Source: Myxococcota bacterium
GTDB lineage: Bacteria; Myxococcota_A; Polyangia; Polyangiales; Sandaracinaceae
Direction of reading: 5' to 3'
Length of the DNA stretch: 32,000 nucleotides
NCBI GenBank assembly: GCA_036149055.1
Contig: JAYZQJ010000191.1
Span: forward strand, 11,716-43,715
Each line of letters opens with the position of its first letter. Position 1 is the first letter of the stretch. Made by a program: the position numbers and the translations under genes. Positions 1 to 10,784 of the stretch are shown here, in pieces. Under the pieces are notes generated by a model. It saw only the letters and a program-made list of their open reading frames with translations. It ran no database searches and was not told where the DNA came from.

Positions 1-129
1 CTCGTCGAGGCAGGCGGCCGGCGCGCAGCCGGCGTCCGGCTCGCCCGCGTCGGAGCCCGCGAATTCGTGGACGGAGTGGCACCCGGTCGCGAAGACGAGG
101 GCGGCGAGGAGGGGGAGCGGTCGCGCCAT
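1..129 (-). CDS. Lipoprotein, N-terminal fragment (gene runs off the left edge of the window)
   Basis: The reverse complement of 1-129 starts with ATG (129-127) and reads MARPLPLLAALVFATGCHSVHEFAGSDAGEPDAGCAPAACLDE. This is a signal peptide plus lipobox (FATG|C). Third-codon positions are almost all G/C. The frame is open to the window edge, so it is absent from the ORF track. Confidence 0.45.
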   Translation of the reverse strand, partial: MARPLPLLAALVFATGCHSVHEFAGSDAGEPDAGCAPAACLDE

Positions 130-181
130 GACCGCTGCGCCGACGCAAGCTTCGTACCTGCATGGCAAGGAGGTTGTCGGC

Positions 182-511
182 GTGACGGGTCTCGGCAGCG
201 GGGCCGTTCACGGCGACCCTCGGCCCTGGTACCGTGGGCGGATGAGCGCTCCGTTTCGCGCCACCGTGCGCCAGGTCTATCGGCTCAACGACACCCAGCT
301 CGTCGTGCTGCGCGACGGCTACGAGGGCGACGTGGGGCCCGGGGACGAGATCGAGCTGCAGCTCCAGGAGGGCACGGCGAAGGCCAAGGTCGTCGACCTC
401 GCGTGGGGGAGCGCGTTCCAGGCGACCGAGCCGCCGCTGACCCTGATCGTGAAAGGCCTCCCCGAGGGCGCGGAGCCCGCCGAGGAGGCCTGGGTCAAGA
501 CCTCGAGCTGA
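182..511 (+). CDS. Small hypothetical protein (about 109 aa; start uncertain)
   Basis: This lies within track ORF 128-511. GC3 is only about 75% for codons 128-241 but above 90% afterwards. A strong SD, AAGGAGG (167-173), sits 8 nt before the in-frame GTG at 182. ATG 242 is an alternative start. I recognise no family. Confidence 0.55.
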   Translation: MTGLGSGAVHGDPRPWYRGRMSAPFRATVRQVYRLNDTQLVVLRDGYEGDVGPGDEIELQLQEGTAKAKVVDLAWGSAFQATEPPLTLIVKGLPEGAEPAEEAWVKTSS

Positions 512-519
512 CGTCGGTC

Positions 520-1116
520 TTACTGGGCCGGGGGCTCCGGCAGGCTGCTCGGCATGACGCTGTTCAGCTCGGAGAAGCCGATGGTGTAGCCCTCGGTGTT
601 GCCGGTGAAGGTGCCGACGTAGACCGCGTAGGTGCCCGCGTTGAACTGGCCGACGATGAGCGGGTCGAGGCCGGTGCCGTTGCCGTCGTCGTTGCAGCGC
701 CAGGTGCCGTCCGGGCCGCGGATGGCGAGCGTGGTGTCGTGCGCCGAGTTCACCATCACGCGCAGGTTGTTGAAGTTGCTGGTCAGGGTGACGTTGTGCT
801 GCGGCTGGGCCGGGATGCGGCCGGCGTTGCAGTTCTGATCGAAGCTGTTCGCCATGGTCGAGCCGCCCGCGGTGCCCTGGGCGGTCTGCGGGTCGGGCAT
901 GAAGCCCGGGGTGAGCGACACGTTCGGCGTGGCCGAGCCGGGCTGGGGGCCGGTGGCCGGCTGCGTCGGGGGAGGGGTCGGGGGCTGCACCGGCGCGGTG
1001 GGCGTCGGGGCCACCGGCGGGGCGTCGTCGTCGTCGTCACCACCACAAGCGATGATGGCGCCGAGGATCATCCAGGCCGCGGCGATGCGCAGACCCTTCG
1101 CTAGCTTCGTCTTCAT
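520..1116 (-). CDS. Secreted lipoprotein with Pro/Thr-rich linker and C-terminal beta-rich domain
   Basis: The 198-aa ORF has a signal peptide plus lipobox (GAIIA|CGG). A PPVAPTPTAPVQPPTPPPTQP linker follows, then a domain of about 110 aa that resembles a pre-peptidase C-terminal-type fold by eye only. GC3 is high. Confidence 0.8.
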   Translation of the reverse strand: MKTKLAKGLRIAAAWMILGAIIACGGDDDDDAPPVAPTPTAPVQPPTPPPTQPATGPQPGSATPNVSLTPGFMPDPQTAQGTAGGSTMANSFDQNCNAGRIPAQPQHNVTLTSNFNNLRVMVNSAHDTTLAIRGPDGTWRCNDDGNGTGLDPLIVGQFNAGTYAVYVGTFTGNTEGYTIGFSELNSVMPSSLPEPPAQ

Positions 1117-1180
1117 CGGTACCTCGGGAGAATGAGAGGCGGGGATTGTGCCCGACGGGGCTCCCCTCGTCTCCCGAATT

Positions 1181-2062
1181 TCACGGGGTGGTCGGAGCGG
1201 GGGCCGCGAGCTCGCCGTCCGTGATCCAGGTGGACGCGTCTCGCGGGTCCTCGCCGGGGCCCGGGCCGAAGGTGCCGCCGATCGAGAGGCTGACCGTCGG
1301 GTAGAGGAGGTAGGGCGCGTCGATCCACATCCACTGTCCCTCGAGCGCGAGGCTCACCTCGTCGGTCATCTGGAGCCGCGCCTCGGCGCCCACCGCCACG
1401 ACGAAGTGACCGAGGACCGACGTCGCCGGCTGGCCGAAGGCCGTGTCGAGGCTGGGCTGGCTGCGCACGCCCAGGGTGCCGGTCAGGCGGACCGCCTCGC
1501 CGAGCCAGCGCGAGGCCGAGAGGTTCGCGCCCACCAGGAAGTTCACCCGGAGCTCGTCGCTCTCCGGGCCGGAGCACGGGACGACCTCGCCGGAGGAGTC
1601 GGTGCAGTCGCTGAAGACGGCCTCCTCCCACCGGATCGGCAGGATCGCGAAGCCTCCCTCGAGGCCGGCGGCGAGCAGGGTGCGGCCGTGGTCCAGGGGG
1701 AGGGTGAGCGTCGGATCCGCGAGCCCGTACCAGCCGGCGAGGCCCGGCGGCCGATGCGGGTCGCGGCTGATCCGCAGGGCGCCGGCGTCGAGGAACGAGC
1801 CGTAGTGGACGCGCATCGTGAAGTGCTCGTGCAGCCGGATGCCGGCCGCGCCCTCGATCTGGGCGCGGGGCACGTAGACCGCGGCGCTGCCGGAGGCCGT
1901 CGACGGCTCGACGTCGGTCTGGACCAGGACCCGACCCCGGACCTCCACGCGACCGCGAGAGGGCGCCGGCGTGGGGTTGGCGGGGAGCGGCACGAGCTGC
2001 GATCGGAGGGTGCCGCAGCCGGACGCGAGGAGGAGCAAGGTGAAAGCCAAGTGAGCACGCAT
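1181..2062 (-). CDS. Lipoprotein, possible outer-membrane/beta-rich protein
   Basis: The 293-aa ORF begins MRAHLAFTLLLLASG|CGT (lipobox). It has alternating hydrophobic beta-like segments and high GC3. I recognise no specific family. Confidence 0.8.
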   Translation of the reverse strand: MRAHLAFTLLLLASGCGTLRSQLVPLPANPTPAPSRGRVEVRGRVLVQTDVEPSTASGSAAVYVPRAQIEGAAGIRLHEHFTMRVHYGSFLDAGALRISRDPHRPPGLAGWYGLADPTLTLPLDHGRTLLAAGLEGGFAILPIRWEEAVFSDCTDSSGEVVPCSGPESDELRVNFLVGANLSASRWLGEAVRLTGTLGVRSQPSLDTAFGQPATSVLGHFVVAVGAEARLQMTDEVSLALEGQWMWIDAPYLLYPTVSLSIGGTFGPGPGEDPRDASTWITDGELAAPAPTTP

Positions 2063-2154
2063 GCCGGCGGCGATTGCGAACCGCGTGCCGCGCCGGGAGC
2101 GTGCCGCTCGGCCGTGTCAGCCCGTGCCAGGGCCGGGGGCGGCGTGAAGCACGC

Positions 2155-3393
2155 TCACCCGGTCTGGGCTTCGTCGTCGTCGTCGCTCGTGATCAGCCGC
2201 AGCGCCTTCGTGCGCATGCCGCTGACCCGGCGGGCCGAGAAGGGGAGCTCGTCGGCGGTCGCGTAGCGCATCACCCGGCCCGGGTCGGTCTCGGCGCGGC
2301 CGAGGTACCAGCCCTGGAGGAGGTCGACGCCGAGGCCGGCGGCGGCCTGCGACTCTCCGACCGTCTCGATGCCCTCCGCGACCACCTGGGCGCCGGTGGT
2401 GGAGGCGAAGCGGCAGAGCAGATCCACCAACCGCTGCTTCCGGGGCTCGCGGTCGAGGTCGCGGGTGAGGCTCATGTCGAGCTTCACGATGTCGGGGTCG
2501 ATGTCGGCGAGCGCGGCGAGGGAGCTCGCGCCGGCCCCGAGATCGTCGACCGCGATCCGGAAGCCCGCCTCGCGCAGGCGCCCCACCGAGGCCGCCCAGC
2601 CGGGGCGGCCGATGAGCGACGAGCGCTCGGTGATCTCGAGCACCACCCGGCGCGAGAACGCGCGCAGCGGACCCATGCGGATCATCAGCGCCTCCGCGTC
2701 GGTCAGCTCGTCCGGGTGGAGGTTGAGGAAGAGCTGGGTCGGCGCCGGGACCTGCGAGAGCCAGCGGGCCGCCGCGTGGGCGACCGCCCGACCGAGCGCG
2801 TGCACCGCGCCGTGGGCCTCGGCCGCCGCCAGCACCTGCTCGGGCCCGGTGAGCACGTCGCAGTCGCAGCGCAGCAGCGCCTCGAAGGCCACCGTGCGCC
2901 GGTCGCTGGCCCGCACGATCGGCTGGAGGCCCAGGGAGATTCCGTCCCGCGCGATCAGCGCCTCGAGCGCGCGCCCCTGCTCCCGGTGGGCGGCGTCGCG
3001 GGCCCGGGCCCAGCGGAGGCCGGCCCGCTCGGCGGTGTCGATCGCCTCGCGCACCGCGGACACCAGGTCCTTCGGGTGCACGGGTTTCTGAATGATCTTG
3101 GCGACTTCGCCGCGGTTGACCGCGTCGACCATCACGTCGACGTCCAGCGCGCCCGAGACCAGCAGGCGCACCATCGAGGGCTGCACGTCCCGGAGCCGGG
3201 CGAGCACGCTCAGGCCGTCGAGCCCGGGCATCCGGTAGTCGACGAGGGCCACGCTGAGGGACTCGCTCTTGGCGATGCGGAGGGCCTCGACCCCGCTCGC
3301 GGCGCCGACGGTCTCGAAGCCGGCGCGACGGAGCACCTGCTGGATCGTCCTTCGAACGAGATCGTCGTCGTCCACCACCAGGATCGAATGCAT
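2155..3393 (-). CDS. Response regulator with REC + EAL domain (c-di-GMP phosphodiesterase type)
   Basis: REC motifs present: ILVVDDDD, the acceptor Asp in ALVDYRMPGLDG, and IQKP. EAL-domain motifs present: FEALLR, ITE, DDLGAG, KLD, EGIET, QGWYLG. I chose the start at ATG 3393 (MHSILVVDDD) because SD GAGGAG lies 4 nt upstream on the minus strand. The track ORF extends to 3441. Confidence 0.92.
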   Translation of the reverse strand: MHSILVVDDDDLVRRTIQQVLRRAGFETVGAASGVEALRIAKSESLSVALVDYRMPGLDGLSVLARLRDVQPSMVRLLVSGALDVDVMVDAVNRGEVAKIIQKPVHPKDLVSAVREAIDTAERAGLRWARARDAAHREQGRALEALIARDGISLGLQPIVRASDRRTVAFEALLRCDCDVLTGPEQVLAAAEAHGAVHALGRAVAHAAARWLSQVPAPTQLFLNLHPDELTDAEALMIRMGPLRAFSRRVVLEITERSSLIGRPGWAASVGRLREAGFRIAVDDLGAGASSLAALADIDPDIVKLDMSLTRDLDREPRKQRLVDLLCRFASTTGAQVVAEGIETVGESQAAAGLGVDLLQGWYLGRAETDPGRVMRYATADELPFSARRVSGMRTKALRLITSDDDDEAQTG

Positions 3394-3706
3394 GGCTCTC
3401 CTCACATCGACGGAGGGGTGAAGAACTTGACCTCCCGCCATCGGGACGTCCCCGCTCCCTCACATCGAGCCTTCGCCCCGCTGGGGCGCCACACAAGTCC
3501 ACTGGATCGGACGCGTCCGCGGCGTCGGGCTTTCCCTGGCACGTCGAGATCGTTTTCCATCGGGGTGCGTAGCCTTTTTCGCACTTTGAACTCTCACGTC
3601 GTCGCGTTGCGCGGAGCCCCCGTCTTCGGCTAGCGTCGCCGCCCAGTTCCGGGAGGGGTGAGGTGCGCGCACGCGCAGGCCCGCCCTTCTCCGAGGAGGC
3701 TTTCAC
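3394..3706. promoter_or_regulatory. Divergent intergenic/promoter region between the REC-EAL gene and the sterol operon
   Basis: This is the only long (313 bp) non-coding gap in the window. It contains the least GC-rich patch (3550-3600, cgttttccat...cctttttcgcactttgaac). A possible -35/-10 pair is TTGCGC (3607-3612)-N18-TAGCGT (3631-3636). Two direct repeats are present (see findings). SD GAGGAGG (3693-3699) sits 7 nt before GTG 3707. Confidence 0.4.
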
Positions 3707-6220
<2,514 letters not shown>

Positions 6221-6223
6221 GCC

Positions 6224-7345
6224 ATGGCCGAGACGTACGACGCCGAGGTGGCGATCATCGGCGCCGGCCCGGCCGGCACCGCCGCGGCCGCGCACCTCGC
6301 GAGCCTCGGGATCGACGACGTGGTCCTCGTCGACCGCCACGACTTCCCGCGCGACAAGACCTGCGGCAGCGGCATCTCCCCCAAGGGGATCAAGGTGCTC
6401 AAGGAGCTCGGCATCTGGGAGGAGGTCGAGCCCCACGCCTACTGGATCCGCGGCATCCGCATCGTCACGCCGGGCGGCCGCGACAGCTGGCAGTCGGCCG
6501 GCGACGTCGCCGAGGCCGTGGTCTGCCACCGCCGCACCCTCGATCACATCCTCTGGAAGAAGGCCGTCTCGGGCGGCGTGCGCTTCCTGCCCAACTTCGA
6601 CGCCGCCGAGGCGATCGAGGAGGGCGGGCGCATGGTCGGCTTCAAGGCCCGCGACGGCCGCGAGGTCCGCGCCCGCTACACCCTGATCGCCGGCGGCAGC
6701 CACTGCCGCGTCGGCCTGCCGGAGCTCCGGCCGCGCCGCACCATCCAGGCGATCATGGGCTGGTGGGACGACGCGGACTTCAAGCCGCACCACGTCGAGA
6801 TGATCTTCGACCGGATGATCGAGCCCTACTACGGCTGGCTCTTCCCGGAGTCGGAGACGCGGGTGAACATCGGCATCACCTACGAGGATCCGCCCGGCGA
6901 GAAGAAGCACGCGCGGAAGCTCTTCCAGCAGTTCCTCGACAAGTACTACGGCGAGCGCCTCGCCAACGCGACGCAGGTCGGCGGCTGGAAGGGCCACCCG
7001 GTGGTCTGGAGCTACAAGATCGACAGCCTCACCGCGCCCGGCCGCGTCGCGATCGGGGAGTCCGGGCTGATGACCCACCCGGCGACCGCCGAGGGCATCT
7101 ACCAGGGCATGCGCTCCGGCATGCTCGGCGCCGAGGCCGTTCACTCGATCCTCCGCCGCGGCGTGGCCGAGCAGGAGGCGGGCGCGATCTACGAGCGCGA
7201 GTGCAAGAAGGCGTTCCAGCTCTCCTTCTGGGGCGGCGGCGTCTTCCGCAAGATGGTGCGCACCGACGCGCTCGACTGGGCGGTCGCGATCGGCGAGCAG
7301 CCGATGGTGCAGTCGGTCACCGCGAAGCTGATGGCGGCCATGTGA
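6224..7345 (+). CDS. FAD-dependent oxidoreductase, geranylgeranyl reductase family
   Basis: The 373-aa product has VAIIGAGPAGTAAA (GxGxxG), RDKTCGSGISP (the GGR-type Cys motif RxKxCGG), YGWLFP, and IGESGLMTHPATAEGI (GDAAG-like). It starts 3 nt after the previous stop. Its stop TGA (7343-7345) shares 1 nt with the next ATG. Confidence 0.85.
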   Translation: MAETYDAEVAIIGAGPAGTAAAAHLASLGIDDVVLVDRHDFPRDKTCGSGISPKGIKVLKELGIWEEVEPHAYWIRGIRIVTPGGRDSWQSAGDVAEAVVCHRRTLDHILWKKAVSGGVRFLPNFDAAEAIEEGGRMVGFKARDGREVRARYTLIAGGSHCRVGLPELRPRRTIQAIMGWWDDADFKPHHVEMIFDRMIEPYYGWLFPESETRVNIGITYEDPPGEKKHARKLFQQFLDKYYGERLANATQVGGWKGHPVVWSYKIDSLTAPGRVAIGESGLMTHPATAEGIYQGMRSGMLGAEAVHSILRRGVAEQEAGAIYERECKKAFQLSFWGGGVFRKMVRTDALDWAVAIGEQPMVQSVTAKLMAAM

Positions 7346-10300
7346 TGACGCCGCGGTACGACGTCGGGATCGTCGGCGCGTCGGTCGCCGGGTGCACCAC
7401 CGCGCTGGCGTGCGCGAAGGCGGGGGCGCGCGTGCTCCTGCTCGAGGCCGACCCGAACGAGGCGGCCGCGCAGCACGTCGGAGCGTGGCTCCACCCGGAC
7501 GCGATGGACGCGCTCGAGGGCCTCGGCGTCGACCTCGTGCCCCCCGTGGGCTACCCGACCGGCAAGGGCTACGTGCTCTTCCCGGAGGACGGCACCGAGG
7601 CCGTGGTCCTGCCGTACTCGGTGGGCCGCTTCGGCTTCTCGCTCCCGCAGGGCCTCCTGGTCGAGACGCTGCGGCAGCACTGCGACGCCGACGAGGCGGT
7701 GACCCTCCGCTCGCCGGTCCGCGCGAGCCGCGTCGACGCGGGTACGCTCACCTGGCAGGAGCGCGGCCGCCCGCGCAGCGCCCGGGTCGAGCACGTCGTC
7801 TTCGCCGCCGGCGCGGACGTGCAGCCGATCAAGCGCGGCGCCGGCTACGTCTTCGGCGCGATCGAGCGGCCGCCGACGCACCGCATCGCCAGCCTCGATC
7901 TGGTGGGCGCGACGCTGCCCTTCGAGGGCTTCCGACACGTCTTCGTCGGCGGCTGCGGCGTCGCGATCGCGCACCGCGTCGGCCCGGCCACCGTGCGCCT
8001 GGCGCTCGACGTGCCGCTCGGCTTCCGCGTGCCCCGCGAGGGCGGCGTGCAGCTGCTCGAGGCCTACGCGCCGTCGCTGCCGGAGGAGCTCGCCCTGCCC
8101 TTCGCCGAGGCGCTGCGCCGCGGGGCGCCGTCCTGGTCGCACGGCCGCATCCAGCCGCGCGGCAACATGATCCGCGGGGGCATCGCGCGGGTCGGCGACG
8201 CCGCCGGCAGCCTGCACCCGCTCACCGCGGCCGGCCCGAGCCTCGCGATCGCCGACGGCGTCGCCTTCGCCGAGTCCCGCTCGCCGGCCTCGTTCGCGCG
8301 CAAGCGCCGCCGCGACACCCGCCTCCCCGAGGCGATCGCGATCGGGCTCGCCGAGGTGCTGACCGACGAGGCGCCGGAGAGCGTCGCCATCCGCCGCGCG
8401 ATGTACAACATGTGGCGCGACGATCCGGGCGAGCGGCTCCGCACGATGAGCTACATCGCCGGCGAGAACGAGGGGCTGCTGCGCTTCGGCGGCTCGTGTC
8501 TCCGGGTCATGCTCTCGAGCGCGGCCCGGGTGGCGAAGAGCGGCGCCCGCGGCGAGCTGCGCCACGCGCACCGGACCGGCTCGGCGCTGCTCGAGCGCAT
8601 CGGCTGGATGGTCGGCGGCGCGCTCGGCTGGAGCGATCTCCTGCCCGACGCCTTCGCGGAGAAGCTCGAGGCGCGCGGCACCACGCGCTACCTCGGCGCG
8701 CTGCACCACACCGGCGAGGCCGAGGTCGTCGGGCTGCCCGCCCGGAGCGGCGGCGCGTCGTCGATCCAGACCGCGCTCGCGCGCGGCGCCCAGGCGCTGG
8801 TGAACGAGCAGGCCGAGGACGGCTCCTTCGAGGGGGAGGTCGTCTGGTGCCCGATGCTCGCCGCGCAGTACGTGCTCGCCTCGCACGTGATGGACCGGCC
8901 GATCGATCCCGAGCGTCGGCGGCTGCTCCTGCGTCACTTCGAGGACACGTTGCTGCCCGGCGGCGCGTGGGGCCTGCACGAGAAGAGCGAGCCCTACCTC
9001 TTCGTCACCACGCTCGTGTACGTCGCGGCCCGGCTCCTCGGGGTCGACAAGGACGACGCGCTCATCCGCGAGGCGAAGGCGTTCATCCGTCAGGAGGGCG
9101 GCGCGGTCGGCATCCCGAGCTGGGGCAAGCTCTGGCTCGCGCTCGTCGATCTCTACGCCTGGGAGGGCGTCAACCCGGTGGTGCCCGAGCTCTGGGCGAC
9201 GCCGCGCTGGCTGCCGATGCACCCGAGCCGCTACTACTGCCACACCCGGCTCATCTACATGGGCATGGCCGCGCTCTACGGCGGGCGCGTGCGGCGCGAA
9301 GCGAACGCGACCATCCGCTGCGTGCGCGACGAGATCTTCCTCCAGCCGTACGGCGAGATCGACTTCGACGCCGCGCGCGAGACCCTCCGCGAGGGGGACG
9401 TGCACGACGCGCCGGGGCCGCTCCTGAAGCTGAGCTACCGGCTCCTCACCCGCTTCGAGCAGGCCAAGTCCGACGGCCTCCGGCAGAGGCTCCTCGGCGA
9501 GCTGCGCGACAAGATCCGCTACGAGCTCCGCTCGACGCACTACACCTGCATCTCGCCGGTCAGCGGCATGCTCGGCCTCCTCGCGCTCCACGCGAACGAC
9601 CCGTCGGATCCCGACCTCGTGAAGGGGCTCGAGGGCTTCGAGGGCTGGATCTGGGAGGACGAGCAGGAGGGCGCGCGCATCGCCGGCGCCCGGAGCGCGA
9701 CCTGGGACACCGCGTTCGCCGCCCAGGCGCTCGCGGCGGCCGCGGGTCACGTGGACGTCAGCGCGCCCCTCGAGCGCGCCGACGCCTTCCTCGCCAGCCA
9801 GCAGATCCGGCGCGGCACCGGCCTCGAGGGGCAGCACGACCGGCTCGACCCGACCGGCGGCTACTGCTTCGCCGGCGTCTGGCACGGCTGGCCGGTCAGC
9901 GACTGCACCGCCGAGGCGATGCTCGCGCGGCTCCACAACCCGGCCGCGAAGCCGAGCGCCCGCGCGATGGAGCAGGCGGCCGAGTTCGTGCTGCGCTGCC
10001 AGAACGCCGACGGCGGCTTCGGGAGCTACGAGGCGCGGCGGCACGCGCGGCTCTCGATCGACTGGCTCAACCCGAGCGAGATGTTCGGCGCGTGCATGAC
10101 CGAGCGCTCCTACGTCGAGTGCACCGCGTCGTGCGTGCAGGGCCTCGCCGCCTTCCGCGAGCGCTACCCGGACCGGCTCCGCGGGCGCGTCGACGCGGCG
10201 ATCGAGGCCGGCGTCGCCCGCCTCCGCGCCGAGCAGCGCGCCGACGGCTCCTTCGAGGGCATGTGGGGCGTCAACTTCATCTACGGGACGCTCTTCGGGG

Positions 10301-10740
10301 TCCGCGGGCTGCTGGCCGGCGGCGTGCCCTGCACCGACCCGCAGATCCGCCGCGCCTGCGCGTGGCTGCTCGAGCGCCAGCGCCCCGACGGCGGCTGGGG
10401 CGAGCACTTCGCGAGCGTGCTCGAGGGCCGCTACGTGGAGCACGAGGAGGCGCAGGTCGTGCAGACCGCGTGGGCGCTGACCTGCCTGCTCGAGGCCGAG
10501 GAGCCGGACTTCGCGGCGCTCGAGCGCGCGGCCCGGCTGCTCGCCCGGACCCAGCGGTCCGACGGAACGTGGCCGAAGCAGGATCCCGAGGGGATCTTCT
10601 TCCACACCGCGCTCCTCGAGTACCGCCTCTACCGCGCATACTTCCCGCCCTGGGCGCTCGGGCTCTTCGCGAGCCGCGCCGAGGCCAGGGCCGCCTGGAC
10701 CGAAGGGGGCCGCGCCGAGCGCCGCCCCGCCATCGTCTGA
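7345..10740 (+). CDS. Fusion protein: squalene monooxygenase (epoxidase)-like flavoprotein domain (aa 1-430) + oxidosqualene cyclase (aa 472-1131)
   Basis: This is the real part of track ORF 3658-10740, starting at ATG 7345 (GTG 7342 is an alternative). N-terminal domain motifs: YDVGIVGASVAGC, GAWLHPDA, RVGDAAGSLHPLTAAGPS (compare SQLE GE.LQPGG and GDA.NMRHPLTGGGMT). C-terminal domain motifs: the catalytic GWPVSDCTAEAM (Asp at 9901-9903), WDTAFAAQAL, and QW repeats (EQRADGSFEGMWGVNFIYGT, ERQRPDGGWGEHF, RTQRSDGTWPKQ). The C-terminus YRAYFPPWALG is close to eukaryotic lanosterol synthase. Confidence 0.93.
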   Translation: MTPRYDVGIVGASVAGCTTALACAKAGARVLLLEADPNEAAAQHVGAWLHPDAMDALEGLGVDLVPPVGYPTGKGYVLFPEDGTEAVVLPYSVGRFGFSLPQGLLVETLRQHCDADEAVTLRSPVRASRVDAGTLTWQERGRPRSARVEHVVFAAGADVQPIKRGAGYVFGAIERPPTHRIASLDLVGATLPFEGFRHVFVGGCGVAIAHRVGPATVRLALDVPLGFRVPREGGVQLLEAYAPSLPEELALPFAEALRRGAPSWSHGRIQPRGNMIRGGIARVGDAAGSLHPLTAAGPSLAIADGVAFAESRSPASFARKRRRDTRLPEAIAIGLAEVLTDEAPESVAIRRAMYNMWRDDPGERLRTMSYIAGENEGLLRFGGSCLRVMLSSAARVAKSGARGELRHAHRTGSALLERIGWMVGGALGWSDLLPDAFAEKLEARGTTRYLGALHHTGEAEVVGLPARSGGASSIQTALARGAQALVNEQAEDGSFEGEVVWCPMLAAQYVLASHVMDRPIDPERRRLLLRHFEDTLLPGGAWGLHEKSEPYLFVTTLVYVAARLLGVDKDDALIREAKAFIRQEGGAVGIPSWGKLWLALVDLYAWEGVNPVVPELWATPRWLPMHPSRYYCHTRLIYMGMAALYGGRVRREANATIRCVRDEIFLQPYGEIDFDAARETLREGDVHDAPGPLLKLSYRLLTRFEQAKSDGLRQRLLGELRDKIRYELRSTHYTCISPVSGMLGLLALHANDPSDPDLVKGLEGFEGWIWEDEQEGARIAGARSATWDTAFAAQALAAAAGHVDVSAPLERADAFLASQQIRRGTGLEGQHDRLDPTGGYCFAGVWHGWPVSDCTAEAMLARLHNPAAKPSARAMEQAAEFVLRCQNADGGFGSYEARRHARLSIDWLNPSEMFGACMTERSYVECTASCVQGLAAFRERYPDRLRGRVDAAIEAGVARLRAEQRADGSFEGMWGVNFIYGTLFGVRGLLAGGVPCTDPQIRRACAWLLERQRPDGGWGEHFASVLEGRYVEHEEAQVVQTAWALTCLLEAEEPDFAALERAARLLARTQRSDGTWPKQDPEGIFFHTALLEYRLYRAYFPPWALGLFASRAEARAAWTEGGRAERRPAIV

Positions 10741-10773
10741 GAATTCTGTCGTCGAGCCGTACCGATGCAGTCC

Positions 10774-10779
10774 AAGGAG
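10774..10779 (+). promoter_or_regulatory. Shine-Dalgarno (AAGGAG) for the SQMO-repeat-SQS gene
   Basis: AAGGAG lies 5 nt upstream of ATG 10785, in the 44-nt gap after the OSC stop codon (10738-10740). Confidence 0.6.
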
Positions 10780-10784
10780 CAGTC

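Noticed and set aside
128-241. ATG 128 as the start of the first + strand ORF.
   Set aside because: GC3 is low in this stretch. It would overlap the divergent lipoprotein start at 129. A strong AAGGAGG SD precedes the in-frame GTG 182 instead.
2097-2156. An 8-bp inverted repeat, GAGCGTGC...GCACGCTC, downstream of the REC-EAL gene as a terminator.
   Set aside because: The loop is 44 nt and there is no U-tract. The right arm overlaps the stop codon. This is not convincing as an intrinsic terminator.
3402-3672. Small minus-strand ORFs 3402-3584 and 3460-3672 inside the intergenic region.
   Set aside because: They show poor codon bias, have no SD or motifs, and overlap each other. The region fits better as promoter and leader.
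8758-10740. Possibility that the cyclase is a squalene-hopene cyclase (a hopanoid locus).
   Set aside because: The catalytic motif is VSDCTAE (OSC type), not DxDDTA (SHC type). The QW repeats and C-terminus match lanosterol/cycloartenol synthases. Epoxidase and CYP51 genes accompany it.
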